From: Gemmatimonas sp.
Lineage (GTDB): Bacteria > Gemmatimonadota > Gemmatimonadetes > Gemmatimonadales > Gemmatimonadaceae
Assembly: GCA_965279375.1 (NCBI GenBank)
Contig: OZ257156.1
Location: 4,864,001-4,928,000, forward strand
Direction: 5' to 3'
Length of the DNA stretch: 64,000 nt
A program made the translations under genes and the position numbers. The notes under the pieces were generated by a model. The model had not been told where the DNA came from and made no database searches. It saw only the letters and a program-made list of their open reading frames with translations. Shown in pieces: positions 18,027-27,650 of this stretch (position 1 is its first letter; every line of letters starts with the position of its first letter).

Positions 18027-18974
18027 ATGTCCCAGAAGATCATCGCCGTCTTCGGCGCCACGGGCGCGCAGGGCGGCGGCGTGGTTCGCGCCATTGCCGC
18101 AGACCCAAGCAGCGGGTTCGTCGCACGCGCCATCACGCGCAACCCCGAGTCTGACAGCGCCAAGGCGCTCGCGGCGCTCGGCGTGGAAGTCGTTGCCGCC
18201 GATGCCGACAAGCCCGAGACGTTGGCCGCGGCGCTCGCCGGCGCGTACGGCGCGTTCGTCGTCACGAATTTCTGGGAGCACTTCAACGCGGAACGTGAAG
18301 GCGCGCAGGCCTCAGCGATCGCCCGCGCCACCAAGGCGGCCGGCCTGCAGCACGTGGTCTGGTCCACGCTCGAAGACACGCGCAAGTGGATTCCGCTCAG
18401 CGACTCGAGGCTCCCGACGCTGCACGGCAACTACAAAGTCCCGCACTTCGACGCCAAGGGTGCGGTCGATCAGGTGTTCGCCGAGGAAGGTGCGCCGACG
18501 ACGTACATGATGGCGGCGTTCTACTGGGACAACCTCATTCACTTCGGCATGGGCCCGCGCGCGGGCGAGAACGGCGAGCTTGTGCTCGCGTTTCCGTTGG
18601 GTGGCGCGAAGCTCCCGGGTATCGCCGCGGCTGATATCGGCGGATGCGCGTTTGGCATCTTCAAGGAGGGCGCGTCTACGATTGGAAAGCGAATCGGCAT
18701 CGCCGGCGAGTCGCTGAGCGGCGCCGACATGGCCGCCAAGCTGGGCAAGGCGATCGGTCGTGCGGTGCACTTCTTCGACGTGCCCTTCGACACCTACCGC
18801 GGGCTTGGATTCCCTGGTGCCGAAGATCTCGGCAACATGTTCGAATTCCAGGCGATCCTCGGCGACGAATTCCAGTCGGCGCGCGACGCCGCGCGTTCTC
18901 GCGTGCTCAACCCAGCCATCCACGATTTCGATGCGTGGCTGTCCAAGAACGCGGCGGCGATTCCGATTGGTTGA
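18027..18974 (+). CDS. NmrA/HSCARG family NAD(P)-binding protein
   Basis: IAVFGATGAQGGGV, VTNFWEH, VPHFDAK. Confidence 0.92.
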   Translation: MSQKIIAVFGATGAQGGGVVRAIAADPSSGFVARAITRNPESDSAKALAALGVEVVAADADKPETLAAALAGAYGAFVVTNFWEHFNAEREGAQASAIARATKAAGLQHVVWSTLEDTRKWIPLSDSRLPTLHGNYKVPHFDAKGAVDQVFAEEGAPTTYMMAAFYWDNLIHFGMGPRAGENGELVLAFPLGGAKLPGIAAADIGGCAFGIFKEGASTIGKRIGIAGESLSGADMAAKLGKAIGRAVHFFDVPFDTYRGLGFPGAEDLGNMFEFQAILGDEFQSARDAARSRVLNPAIHDFDAWLSKNAAAIPIG

Positions 18975-19002
18975 TTGACCAGCAGCACCGAGGTGCAGTG
19001 CG

Positions 19003-19413
19003 TCAGCGTCGCTTGCGCTGCCCCTCGGTGACCAGCTGCTGATAGAGCCGGCGACGCGCGCGCGCGGCAGTCTCCAGCGTGGCGCCGTCCTTGAGCGTCT
19101 TGGAGAGCGAGCGCTGCTTGTATGTCGCGCGCACCACCAGCCCGCCCTGCGGCGTATGGTAGACGCCCACAACGCCGCTTGGTGTGCGTGCCTTGGTCAC
19201 GATGGGCACGCCATCGATGTAGACCTGCTTGTGCTTCTGGTGCTGACGCAGCACCCAGGCCGCGCACTTTTCCTTGGCCTTCTTCTTCCCGCCGTGCAGG
19301 CGATCGGAGAAGAAACGAGAGGGCGGACGGGCACCGTCCACCTCGAAGTAAATGCGACCCTGCCACCCGAAGCTGTTCTTCTCGGGCTGTTCGATGCGAA
19401 TGACGCCTTTCAT
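19003..19413 (-). CDS. Small basic protein with AP2-like DNA-binding domain(s)
   Basis: GVIRI...GWQGRI...RFFSDRLHGGKKKAK and a second SGVVGVY...AARARR unit resemble bacterial AP2 domains. Confidence 0.6.
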   Translation of the reverse strand: MKGVIRIEQPEKNSFGWQGRIYFEVDGARPPSRFFSDRLHGGKKKAKEKCAAWVLRQHQKHKQVYIDGVPIVTKARTPSGVVGVYHTPQGGLVVRATYKQRSLSKTLKDGATLETAARARRRLYQQLVTEGQRKRR

Positions 19414-19470
19414 GAGCGGACGCTAGAACGTGAGACGCCTGACTCCGACCGTGAGCCAGAAGGAATGGGA

Positions 19471-19492
19471 ATACTATATGCCGAAATAGTAT
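19471..19492. promoter_or_regulatory. AT-rich inverted repeat ATACTAT-N8-ATAGTAT, candidate operator
   Basis: Perfect 7-bp inverted repeat in the divergent gap upstream of the AP2-like gene. Confidence 0.45.
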
Positions 19493-19694
19493 CCGAGTCG
19501 AGCCGTTCGCAACAGCGCTCTGCGGTGTGCGTCACGTCACCGACCGCGCTGCGTTAAACAATCCTTGCCAGCCGGGTGACCCGGCGGCCGAGATCGCCGA
19601 GTCACGCATCCGCCCGTATTATCCCGCCAGACTGATTTCGCCGCCGCCTGCGCGGTCGGCACGGATTAGTCTCCCCTTGCCGCAGGACCACGCT

Positions 19695-21173
19695 GTGAAC
19701 CCTCTGCTGTCCCGTTGCCGTCGACGCGCGCGCGACTCGTCGCTGGTGGCGCTGCTCCTGGTCGCGCTCCTGCTCAGCGCGCCGCGTTCAATGCACGCAC
19801 AGCCGGCGGACCCGCGGTTCGAGTCGCTGGTGACGATGGCCGAAGCGAAGATGAAGCTCTACGGGGTGCCTGGTCTGTCCATCGGAATTATTCACGATGG
19901 TGTCGTGCAGATCCGCGGTGTCGGAGTCACCAACATCGAAGACCCGCTGCCGATCACGCCGCATACCGTCTTCCCCATCGCGTCGATCTCCAAGACGTTC
20001 GCGACGACGGCCACCATGCGATTGGTCGAGCAAGGCAAGATCGACCTGCGCGCGCCGGTTCGGACATATCTTCCCGACTTTGCGCTCCAGGACACCGCCG
20101 TCGCGCGTACCGTGACCGTCTGGCACTTGCTCACGCACTTGGGCGGCTGGGAAGGTCAGGTCTCCGGTCCGGATCGTGGTTCCGAAACGCTGCCCAACTT
20201 CGTGGCCTCGATGTCGGGCGTCATGCAGGTCGCACCGCCGGGCGCAGCGTGGAGCTACAACAACGCTGGCTTCAGCATCGATGGACGCGTGATCGAGTCC
20301 GTCACGGGGCAGTCCATCAACGACGCCGTGCGGGACCTGGTCTTTCGGCCGCTTGGGCTCGAGCATGCGGGCACGACAGCCGGCGATTTCATCGTGCAGC
20401 GCTTCGCCGCGGGACACATCACGCGCAACGGCGTCCCGACGCTGCAACGCCCCTTCGTACCGTCTACCGGAGTGACCGCTGGCGGCGTTGGTCTGTGCAT
20501 GACGGACCTCATGACGTACGCGCGCTTTCACCTCGGCGATGGCACGTCACCACGCGGCGAGCGTTTGCTGTCGCGCGAGACGCTGCAGCGCATGCGCACG
20601 ATGCAGGCACACAAGCAGGGCACGGACGACGACATCGGCCTCAGCTGGCATCTGCGCACCGTGAGCGGCGTACGCACCGCGTCGCACGGAGGAACACTCG
20701 GCGGGCACAATCTCCTGCTCGAGATCGCGCCCGACCGCAACTTCGCCATCGCGATTCTCACGAACTCGAACGTCGGATGGCGTGTCATTCAGGATGTGGA
20801 GCGCGAGGCGCTCCGCACGTACCTCGGGGCGACGTACGCGTCCAATCAGGGCATCGCCCACCGCGGCGTGCTCGAAACGCTGCCCTCAGCGACGCCGTTG
20901 GCCAAGCAGCCCGCGCTCTCGAGCTATACCGGCACCTTTGCACGCCCGTCTAACACGGTCGTCGTGCGCGCGGACAGCACGGGGCTGGTGCTGCAGGTGC
21001 GACCGATCAACGGGCAACCATCCCCGGAAATGCGCCTCGCGTTCTTCGGACCCGATCGTGCCGTGGTCCTCGACGGCACCGATCAAGGACAGGCGGTGGA
21101 GTTCGTACGCGACGGAAACGGCCGAGTGATGTGGGTGCGCGTGACTGGCCGTGTGGCGGTACGCACTCCATGA
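19695..21173 (+). CDS. Serine hydrolase, beta-lactamase class C / AmpC-like superfamily, exported
   Basis: SxxK (SISK), YxN (YNN), HGG, LLTH, signal peptide. Confidence 0.9.
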   Translation: MNPLLSRCRRRARDSSLVALLLVALLLSAPRSMHAQPADPRFESLVTMAEAKMKLYGVPGLSIGIIHDGVVQIRGVGVTNIEDPLPITPHTVFPIASISKTFATTATMRLVEQGKIDLRAPVRTYLPDFALQDTAVARTVTVWHLLTHLGGWEGQVSGPDRGSETLPNFVASMSGVMQVAPPGAAWSYNNAGFSIDGRVIESVTGQSINDAVRDLVFRPLGLEHAGTTAGDFIVQRFAAGHITRNGVPTLQRPFVPSTGVTAGGVGLCMTDLMTYARFHLGDGTSPRGERLLSRETLQRMRTMQAHKQGTDDDIGLSWHLRTVSGVRTASHGGTLGGHNLLLEIAPDRNFAIAILTNSNVGWRVIQDVEREALRTYLGATYASNQGIAHRGVLETLPSATPLAKQPALSSYTGTFARPSNTVVVRADSTGLVLQVRPINGQPSPEMRLAFFGPDRAVVLDGTDQGQAVEFVRDGNGRVMWVRVTGRVAVRTP

Positions 21174-21213
21174 CCCATCGCTCGGCGAGCCACCCTAACC
21201 TACGGATACCGGC

Positions 21214-22935
21214 ATGAAGCGACTCCTCATCGGCACGCTGATCGTGTCTGCAGTTGGTTGTGCAGGACGATCGTCCGTGTCCTCCTCGCCAACGGTGCCA
21301 CAGACGTTCGACCTCGTGATCGAGAACGGTCGCGTCATCGACGGCACCGGTGCGGCGTGGTTCTACGGCGACATCGGTATCACGGGCGATCGCATCAGCC
21401 TCGTCACCACGCGCGGCATGCTTCGCACGGCGAGCGCACGCCAACGCATTGACGCCGCAGGGCTCGCGGTCGCACCGGGATTCATCGATATCCAGAGCGG
21501 CTCGACGAACGCGTTCCTGCGGGGCGACTCACGTGTCGTGGGCAAGGTTACGCAGGGCGTCACCACGGAAGTCTTCGGCGAAGGCGGCACGCCGGCACCG
21601 CTGAGTCCGGAGATGCTCACGCGCTCTTTGGCCGCACTCGACCCAGCCGACACGCTGTCGCGACGACTGCTGCCGCTGTTCGCGACACCGCACGGGTTCG
21701 CCGAGATGTTTCGCGTGATCGAAGCGCGCGGCGCAAGCGTGAATGTGGGCGCCTTCGTGGGGGGCAGTACGCTGCGGGAGTACGGCATGGGATTGGCCGA
21801 GGGTGCACCGCCAGCTACCGCGCTCGAAGCGATGAAGGGAGCCGCGGCTCGCGCGATGCAGGACGGGGCGCTCGGGTTTTCGACCGCGCTCATCTATCCG
21901 CCCAGCACGTTCGCCAAGACACCGGAGCTCGTGGAGATCGCCAAGGTCGTGCGCGGGGCCGGTGGCATCTACATCACCCACATGCGCTCGGAGGGCGACC
22001 AACTACTCGAGTCCATCGACGAGGTGATTCGGATCAGCCAGGAGAGCGGCATTCCGGCGGAGATCTATCATCTCAAGGCGAGCGGAATCCGCAACTACGC
22101 CAAGGGGCCGTTGGCGATTGCGCGCATCGATTCAGCGCGCGCTGCGGGGCTCGATGTGCAGGCGGACATGTATCCGTACACCGCCGGCGCGACGGGATTG
22201 AGCTCGTGTCTGCCACCGTGGAGTGCCGCGGACGGCAAGCTGTTCGACAATCTCGCGAGCAAGGAGATGCGCGCGAAGATGCGCGCCGAGATGGAGCATC
22301 AGACGTTCGAGTGGGAGAACCTCTGCGAACTCGCCACGCCGCCCAATGTGCTCATCTCGCGGCTCAGCTCCCCCACGATGGCGCAGTACGGCGGCATGCG
22401 GTTGTCGGCCATCGCCGCTGCGATGAAGACCGACTGGATCGAAGCGGTGATGAATCTCGTGCAGACGGAGCACAACCGCGTGGAGACCACGTACTTCATG
22501 ATGGATGAAGACAACGTGCGCCTGAATCTGCGGCAGCCGTGGATGAAGATCGGCACCGACGCCGGCGCCGTCGATCCGGCCACGTTCAGAGGGCTCGTGC
22601 ATCCGCGTTCGCTCGGCACGTTCCCGCGCATTCTTGGCCGCTACGTGCGCGACGAGCGACTGATGCCGCTCGAAGAGGCGGTGCGCAAGATGACGTCGGC
22701 GACGGCGACTCGGCTCTCGCTACACGAGCGCGGCCTGCTCAAGCCGGGTATGTACGCGGACGTCGTCATCTTCGACCCGCGCACCATCATCGACAAGGCG
22801 ACGTACGAGCAACCGCTGCAGGCGTCGGTTGGCGTCCGCGACGTGTTCGTCAATGGCGTCGCAGTGCTGCGCGATGGTCAGCACACGGGAGCCAAGCCGG
22901 GGCGCATTGTTCGCGGGCCCGGGTACAGGCGGTAG
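21214..22935 (+). CDS. N-acyl-D-amino-acid deacylase family amidohydrolase, lipoprotein
   Basis: Lipobox AVGC, VIDGTG, THMRSE, YHLK, GTD, HPRSLGTFPR, ADVVIFDP. Confidence 0.88.
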   Translation: MKRLLIGTLIVSAVGCAGRSSVSSSPTVPQTFDLVIENGRVIDGTGAAWFYGDIGITGDRISLVTTRGMLRTASARQRIDAAGLAVAPGFIDIQSGSTNAFLRGDSRVVGKVTQGVTTEVFGEGGTPAPLSPEMLTRSLAALDPADTLSRRLLPLFATPHGFAEMFRVIEARGASVNVGAFVGGSTLREYGMGLAEGAPPATALEAMKGAAARAMQDGALGFSTALIYPPSTFAKTPELVEIAKVVRGAGGIYITHMRSEGDQLLESIDEVIRISQESGIPAEIYHLKASGIRNYAKGPLAIARIDSARAAGLDVQADMYPYTAGATGLSSCLPPWSAADGKLFDNLASKEMRAKMRAEMEHQTFEWENLCELATPPNVLISRLSSPTMAQYGGMRLSAIAAAMKTDWIEAVMNLVQTEHNRVETTYFMMDEDNVRLNLRQPWMKIGTDAGAVDPATFRGLVHPRSLGTFPRILGRYVRDERLMPLEEAVRKMTSATATRLSLHERGLLKPGMYADVVIFDPRTIIDKATYEQPLQASVGVRDVFVNGVAVLRDGQHTGAKPGRIVRGPGYRR

Positions 22936-23013
22936 CGGCTGCACGCCGGAGCGCTCGACGATCATGTCCGAAAGCGGCGAGTGTTCTGCGAGGTGACAGC
23001 GTAAGCTCCTCCC

Positions 23014-24501
23014 ATGTCTCCTCCATCGATGCCTTCGCCGATCGACTGTGATCGCGCACGCGCCGCCAAGGATGCCCGCTTTGACGGCCTATTCTTTACG
23101 GCCGTGCGCAGCACGCGCGTCTACTGCCGCCCGGTGTGTCCGGCGCCGACGCCGAACCAACGCAACGTCCTCTATTTCCCCACGGCGGCGGCCGCCGCGG
23201 GTGCCGGCTACCGCCCGTGCTTGCGATGCCGTCCCGAACTCTCGCCAGATGTCCGGTGGGGCGGCGAGGAGACGGTGCACCGTGCCTTGTCGCTGATCGC
23301 GGATGGGGAGTTGGAGGAGCGTTCCGTCGAGGTGCTTGCCGAACAGGTGGGCGTCAGCGGTCGGCAATTGCGGCGACTCTTCCTGCAACACTCCGGTGCC
23401 ACGCCGATCGCCGTGCACACCACGCGACGCTTGTTGCTGGCAAAGCAACTCCTGACCGAGACGTCGTTGCCCGTCACGCAGGTCGCCTTTGCCTCCGGCT
23501 TTCAGAGTGTGCGGCGATTCAATGCGGCGTTCGCGAGAGGTTGCGGGATGGCACCGACTGCAGTGCGCCGGTTAAACACAGGTACCCCGGTGGCCGGCTT
23601 CGCACTGCGGCTGGCCTATCGGCCACCGTTCGACTTCGGGTTGATGCTGTCGTTTCTCGCCAAGCGCGTGATGCCCGGGATCGAGCGGGTCTGCGACAAC
23701 AGCTACGAACGGGTGGTCGGTCCGGTCGACGCCTCCACGCTTGTTCGTGTTTCCGCACGCCCTGGCAAGACGGAGTTGTCGCTCGAGATTTCGAACACGG
23801 ACCCACAGCGCATTCCAGATATCGTGCGACGAGTGAGGCGGATGTTCGATCTGGATGCGGACCTGGCGGCTGTGCACTCGGTCTTGTCACAGGAGCCCCT
23901 GCTGGCCGCCGGTATAGCGCGACGTCCCGGCCTGCGCGTACCCGGCGGCTGGGACGGCTTCGAGGTGGCAGTACGTGCGGTGCTGGGTCAACAGATCAGT
24001 GTTGCCGGAGCAACCACGTTGGCGCATCGACTGGTGCAGGCGTATGGGCAGGAGCGACCCGATGCACCGCATGGATTGAATCGATGCTTTCCGCGCGCCG
24101 ACGCGTTGGTTAACGCCCCACTGGAGCAGATTGGCTTGCCCAGCGCGCGAGCGGAAACGATTCGCGGATTGGCGGACGCCGTGCTTCACGGCCGCGTCGG
24201 ATTTCACGCGGGCCAGCGACTGGACGCCGTCGTCCGCACGTTCACCTCGCTGCGCGGCATCGGCGACTGGACGGCGAACTACATCGCGATGCGTGGGCTC
24301 GGGCATCCGGACGCCTTTCCCGCTGGGGATCTGGTTCTACAGCAGGTGCTTGGCCAGGGGAAGCGATTGAGCGAACGAGAGGCGGAAGCGCGGTCGCAGG
24401 CGTGGCGCCCGTGGCGCGCGTATGCCGTGCTGCATCTGTGGCAGCTGTCTGGCGAGTCTCCACTGAACGAGTCGACCGCCGAGGTGACGCATGTGGTGTG
24501 A
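23014..24501 (+). CDS. alkA: Ada-type Zn/AraC regulator fused to AlkA DNA-3-methyladenine glycosylase
   Basis: YCRPVC and RPCLRCRP (Ada Zn site), AraC HTH, LGQQISV, GIGDWTANY, FPAGDL, WRPWRAYA. Confidence 0.92.
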   Translation: MSPPSMPSPIDCDRARAAKDARFDGLFFTAVRSTRVYCRPVCPAPTPNQRNVLYFPTAAAAAGAGYRPCLRCRPELSPDVRWGGEETVHRALSLIADGELEERSVEVLAEQVGVSGRQLRRLFLQHSGATPIAVHTTRRLLLAKQLLTETSLPVTQVAFASGFQSVRRFNAAFARGCGMAPTAVRRLNTGTPVAGFALRLAYRPPFDFGLMLSFLAKRVMPGIERVCDNSYERVVGPVDASTLVRVSARPGKTELSLEISNTDPQRIPDIVRRVRRMFDLDADLAAVHSVLSQEPLLAAGIARRPGLRVPGGWDGFEVAVRAVLGQQISVAGATTLAHRLVQAYGQERPDAPHGLNRCFPRADALVNAPLEQIGLPSARAETIRGLADAVLHGRVGFHAGQRLDAVVRTFTSLRGIGDWTANYIAMRGLGHPDAFPAGDLVLQQVLGQGKRLSEREAEARSQAWRPWRAYAVLHLWQLSGESPLNESTAEVTHVV

Positions 24502-25021
24502 CCGATTCAACACGCCAATTGGGCTGCTCACGGTGGCCGTCGACGACGCGGGATTGCGCTATGTGCTGTTCGAGCACGGCAAGCATCCGCCCCCAGACCA
24601 GTTGGGCTGGCGGTTTGATCAGGGCGCGACACGCGAACCCCGCGAGCAGTTGCTCCAGTACTTCTCGGGCGATCGCCGGTCGTTCGATCTGAAGTTGGGT
24701 CCTTCCGGTACGGACTTTCAGCTCCGCACGTGGCGCGCACTGGGCGAAATCCCGTACGGCACAACGTGGAGCTACTCGGAACTCGCGATCCGCGTTGGCG
24801 CTCCCACGGCGGTCCGGGCGGTGGGCGCCGCCAACGGACGCAATCCGCTTCCGATCGTGCTCCCCTGCCATCGTGTCATCGGCAGCAACGGCAGTTTGAC
24901 CGGCTTTGGTGGCGGACTGCCCGTGAAGCGGTGGCTGCTCGACCTCGAGAACCAAGGACAAGACAACCAACGCGGCGAATCACGAAGCCCACGCACTGAT
25001 GGTACCCTGTCGCTGTGGTGA
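24491..25021 (+). CDS. ogt: Methylated-DNA-protein-cysteine methyltransferase
   Basis: IPYG, RAVGAANGRNP, active site PCHRV. Confidence 0.95.
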   Translation: MWCDRFNTPIGLLTVAVDDAGLRYVLFEHGKHPPPDQLGWRFDQGATREPREQLLQYFSGDRRSFDLKLGPSGTDFQLRTWRALGEIPYGTTWSYSELAIRVGAPTAVRAVGAANGRNPLPIVLPCHRVIGSNGSLTGFGGGLPVKRWLLDLENQGQDNQRGESRSPRTDGTLSLW

Positions 25022-25060
25022 GCGACATTGCGCCGTGTGGTCTGTCGAGGCACCGAAACG

Positions 25061-25094
25061 ACAGCGCGGCCGGTGAAATCACCGGCCGCGCTGT
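25061..25094. terminator. Hairpin between the convergent ogt and pilC genes
   Basis: 16-bp perfect inverted repeat ACAGCGCGGCCGGTGA-AA-TCACCGGCCGCGCTGT. Confidence 0.75.
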
Positions 25095-25123
25095 TGGTTC
25101 TTGGAGGGCGTTGTCTCGAGCCC

Positions 25124-26320
25124 CTACTTCACCGCGTTCACCATGTCGAAGATCGGCAGGTACATCGCGACGATCATGCCGCCAACCACCACGCCGAGGA
25201 ACACGATCATGATGGGCTCGAGCAGTGAGAGCAGCGCGCTCACGGCCGCGTCCACTTCGTCGTCGTAGAAGTCGGCGATCTTGGTCAGCATTTCATCCAG
25301 ACCGCCCGTCTGCTCACCGACGGCGATCATGCTGATCACCATGGGCGGGAACACGTTCGACTTTTGCAGCGGGCCGGCGATGGTTTCACCACCAGCGATG
25401 CTGGCGCGGCTGCTCATGATGGCGTCCTGCACGACGCGATTGCCCGACGTGCGCGCGGTGATTTCGAGACCGTCGAGAATGCTGACGCCAGACGAAATCA
25501 GCGTGCCGAGCGTGCGGGTGAAGCGCGACACGGCCGACTTGCGGAGCACGTCGCCCAACACCGGCACGTGCAGCATGGCGCGGTCGATGACGAGCTGACC
25601 ACTCGGCGTGGAGTAGTACTTCTTGATCGCGAAGAACCCGCCTGCGCCACCTGCGATCAGCAGGTACCAGTACGAAGTCAGGAATCCTGACAACGCGATC
25701 ACCACGCGCGTCGGGAGCGGCAGCTCCATGCTGACGGAGCTGAACATGCTCGCGAACACGGGAATGACCTTCCACAGCAGGATGACCACGCACAAGCCGG
25801 CCACGCACATGATGACCGTGGGGTAGATCATCGCGCCCTTCACTTTGCGAACGAGGGCGTCGTTCTTTTCCATGAAGATCGCGAGGCGATTGAGGATGGT
25901 ATCGAGGATACCACCCGCCTCACCGGCTGCGACCATGTTGGTGTACAGGTCCGAGAACGCTTTGGGATGCTTGCGCATCGCGTCGGCGACCGTGTTACCG
26001 GACTCCACGTCGAACACGACATCGCGCACCACCGCGGCCAGCGACTTGTTCTCGCTCTGCTTGGCGAGAATGTCGAGCGCCTGCACGAGCGGCAGACCGG
26101 CGTTGATCATCGTGGAGAACTGTCGCGTGAAGATCACGATGTCGCGCATGCTGATGCCGCCACCGGTCTTCTTGGCGCGCGCCTTCTCCTCATCGACCTT
26201 GATGATCGTCAGGCGCTGCCGACGCAGCTGCGCGACGACTTCATCGCGCGACGGCGCATCGATCGTCGCCGACTTGAGCTCGCCGTTGTTGTTGCGCGCG
26301 GTGTAGGTAAACGTAGGCAT
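25124..26320 (-). CDS. pilC: Type IV pilus platform protein PilC
   Basis: FTRQFSTMINAGLPL, AGEAGG, AMIYP, GEQTGGL, LLEP, MYLPIF. Confidence 0.95.
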   Translation of the reverse strand: MPTFTYTARNNNGELKSATIDAPSRDEVVAQLRRQRLTIIKVDEEKARAKKTGGGISMRDIVIFTRQFSTMINAGLPLVQALDILAKQSENKSLAAVVRDVVFDVESGNTVADAMRKHPKAFSDLYTNMVAAGEAGGILDTILNRLAIFMEKNDALVRKVKGAMIYPTVIMCVAGLCVVILLWKVIPVFASMFSSVSMELPLPTRVVIALSGFLTSYWYLLIAGGAGGFFAIKKYYSTPSGQLVIDRAMLHVPVLGDVLRKSAVSRFTRTLGTLISSGVSILDGLEITARTSGNRVVQDAIMSSRASIAGGETIAGPLQKSNVFPPMVISMIAVGEQTGGLDEMLTKIADFYDDEVDAAVSALLSLLEPIMIVFLGVVVGGMIVAMYLPIFDMVNAVK

Positions 26321-26403
26321 GCGTTACTCCTGGAAATCGAACTGGAATGCGAACTCGAAAGCGAAGCTGATGACAGAACGGGTGCTGCGGTGCGCGCGAT
26401 CGT

Positions 26404-27558
26404 TCATCGGCGTACTCCGCCGGTGAGCGTGCGTTCGGCCTGGCGTCGATCGGGACCGGCGGCCTCGTCGCCCGGACCCTTGCCGATCATGCGCAGGAAC
26501 TCGTTGGGATCGCCCGAAGCGCGCACGCATTCGTCGGCGCTCACGGTGCGGGTCACATAGAGCTGATAGAGCGCGTCGTTCATCGTCTGCATGCCCCACT
26601 TCTTGCCCGACTGCATCAGCGAGTAGATCTGGTGCACCTTGTCGTCGCGAACGAGCGCGCGAATAGCTGGGGTGACGACGAGAATCTCGCAGGCCATCGC
26701 ACGCCCCTTTCCGGCAACCTTGGGGAGCAGCACCTGCGTGATGATGCCTTCGAGCACGAACGCCAACTGCGCGCGCACCTGACTCTGCTGATGGCTTGGA
26801 AAGACGTCGATGATGCGGTTGATCGCTTCGGCCGCGCTGTTGGTGTGCAACGTGGCGAAGACGAGGTGGCCGGTTTCGGCGATCGTGAGCGCCGCCTGGA
26901 TCGTCTCCAGGTCGCGCATTTCGCCGATCAGGATGACGTCCGGGTCTTCACGGAGCGCGTACTTGAGCGCGGAGGCGAAGCTCTTGGTATCCGCGCCGAC
27001 CTCGCGCTGATTGATGATGCAGTTGCGGTGCCGATGAATGAATTCGATCGGATCTTCGACGGTGATGATGTGCCCGCGACGTTCGGTGTTGATCTTGTCG
27101 ATCAGCGCGGCCAGCGTCGTGCTCTTGCCCGAACCGGTAGGCCCCGTGACGAGCACCAGCCCACGCGGACGCTCGGCGAAGCCCGCGATGACCGGCGCGA
27201 GATTCAGATCGTTGAACGTCTTGATGTTGAACGGGATCTGTCGGATCACCATGCTCACGCAGCCACGCTGCTTGAACACGTTGCCACGAAAGCGCGACAG
27301 GTTCGCGATGCCGAACGAGAAGTCGAGCTCGTCCTCCATTTCGAACCGCTTCTTCTGGTTTTCCGTGAGCACCGAGTACGCCAGCTGCAGCGTGTCGCGC
27401 GGCGTCAGCACATGCTCGACCGCCGAGCTCACGATATCGCCGTCTACGCGCAACTTCGGCCGATCTCCCGCCGTGATGTGGAGGTCGGACGCATCCTTCC
27501 CGATCATCTCGTCAAGGAGCGTCCGGAGGGAGACAGGCGTCTGGCTGGGAGCAGTCAT
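26404..27558 (-). CDS. pilT: Type IV pilus retraction ATPase PilT
   Basis: ASDLH, GPTGSGKST, EDPIE, LREDPD, AETGH, TLHT, AIRALVR (AIRNLIRE-like), GMQT. Confidence 0.95.
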   Translation of the reverse strand: MTAPSQTPVSLRTLLDEMIGKDASDLHITAGDRPKLRVDGDIVSSAVEHVLTPRDTLQLAYSVLTENQKKRFEMEDELDFSFGIANLSRFRGNVFKQRGCVSMVIRQIPFNIKTFNDLNLAPVIAGFAERPRGLVLVTGPTGSGKSTTLAALIDKINTERRGHIITVEDPIEFIHRHRNCIINQREVGADTKSFASALKYALREDPDVILIGEMRDLETIQAALTIAETGHLVFATLHTNSAAEAINRIIDVFPSHQQSQVRAQLAFVLEGIITQVLLPKVAGKGRAMACEILVVTPAIRALVRDDKVHQIYSLMQSGKKWGMQTMNDALYQLYVTRTVSADECVRASGDPNEFLRMIGKGPGDEAAGPDRRQAERTLTGGVRR

Positions 27559-27650
27559 GGATGCGGAAGAGGATCAGGTACCGAACCGCCGCGGGGCGAT
27601 CCGAGGAAGGACGAGCCGATCGGTGAGTCGAAACCCACCGTCACACGGAA

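Noticed and set aside
19695..21173. Beta-lactam resistance gene
   Set aside because: It has HGG rather than KTG and a C-terminal extension. The motifs fit the broad serine hydrolase family, so resistance cannot be inferred.
26331..26368. Short degenerate 6-mer repeats before pilC (and GCCCGCA repeats near 30200)
   Set aside because: Too short and degenerate, with no spacers. Not CRISPR or a supportable repeat family.
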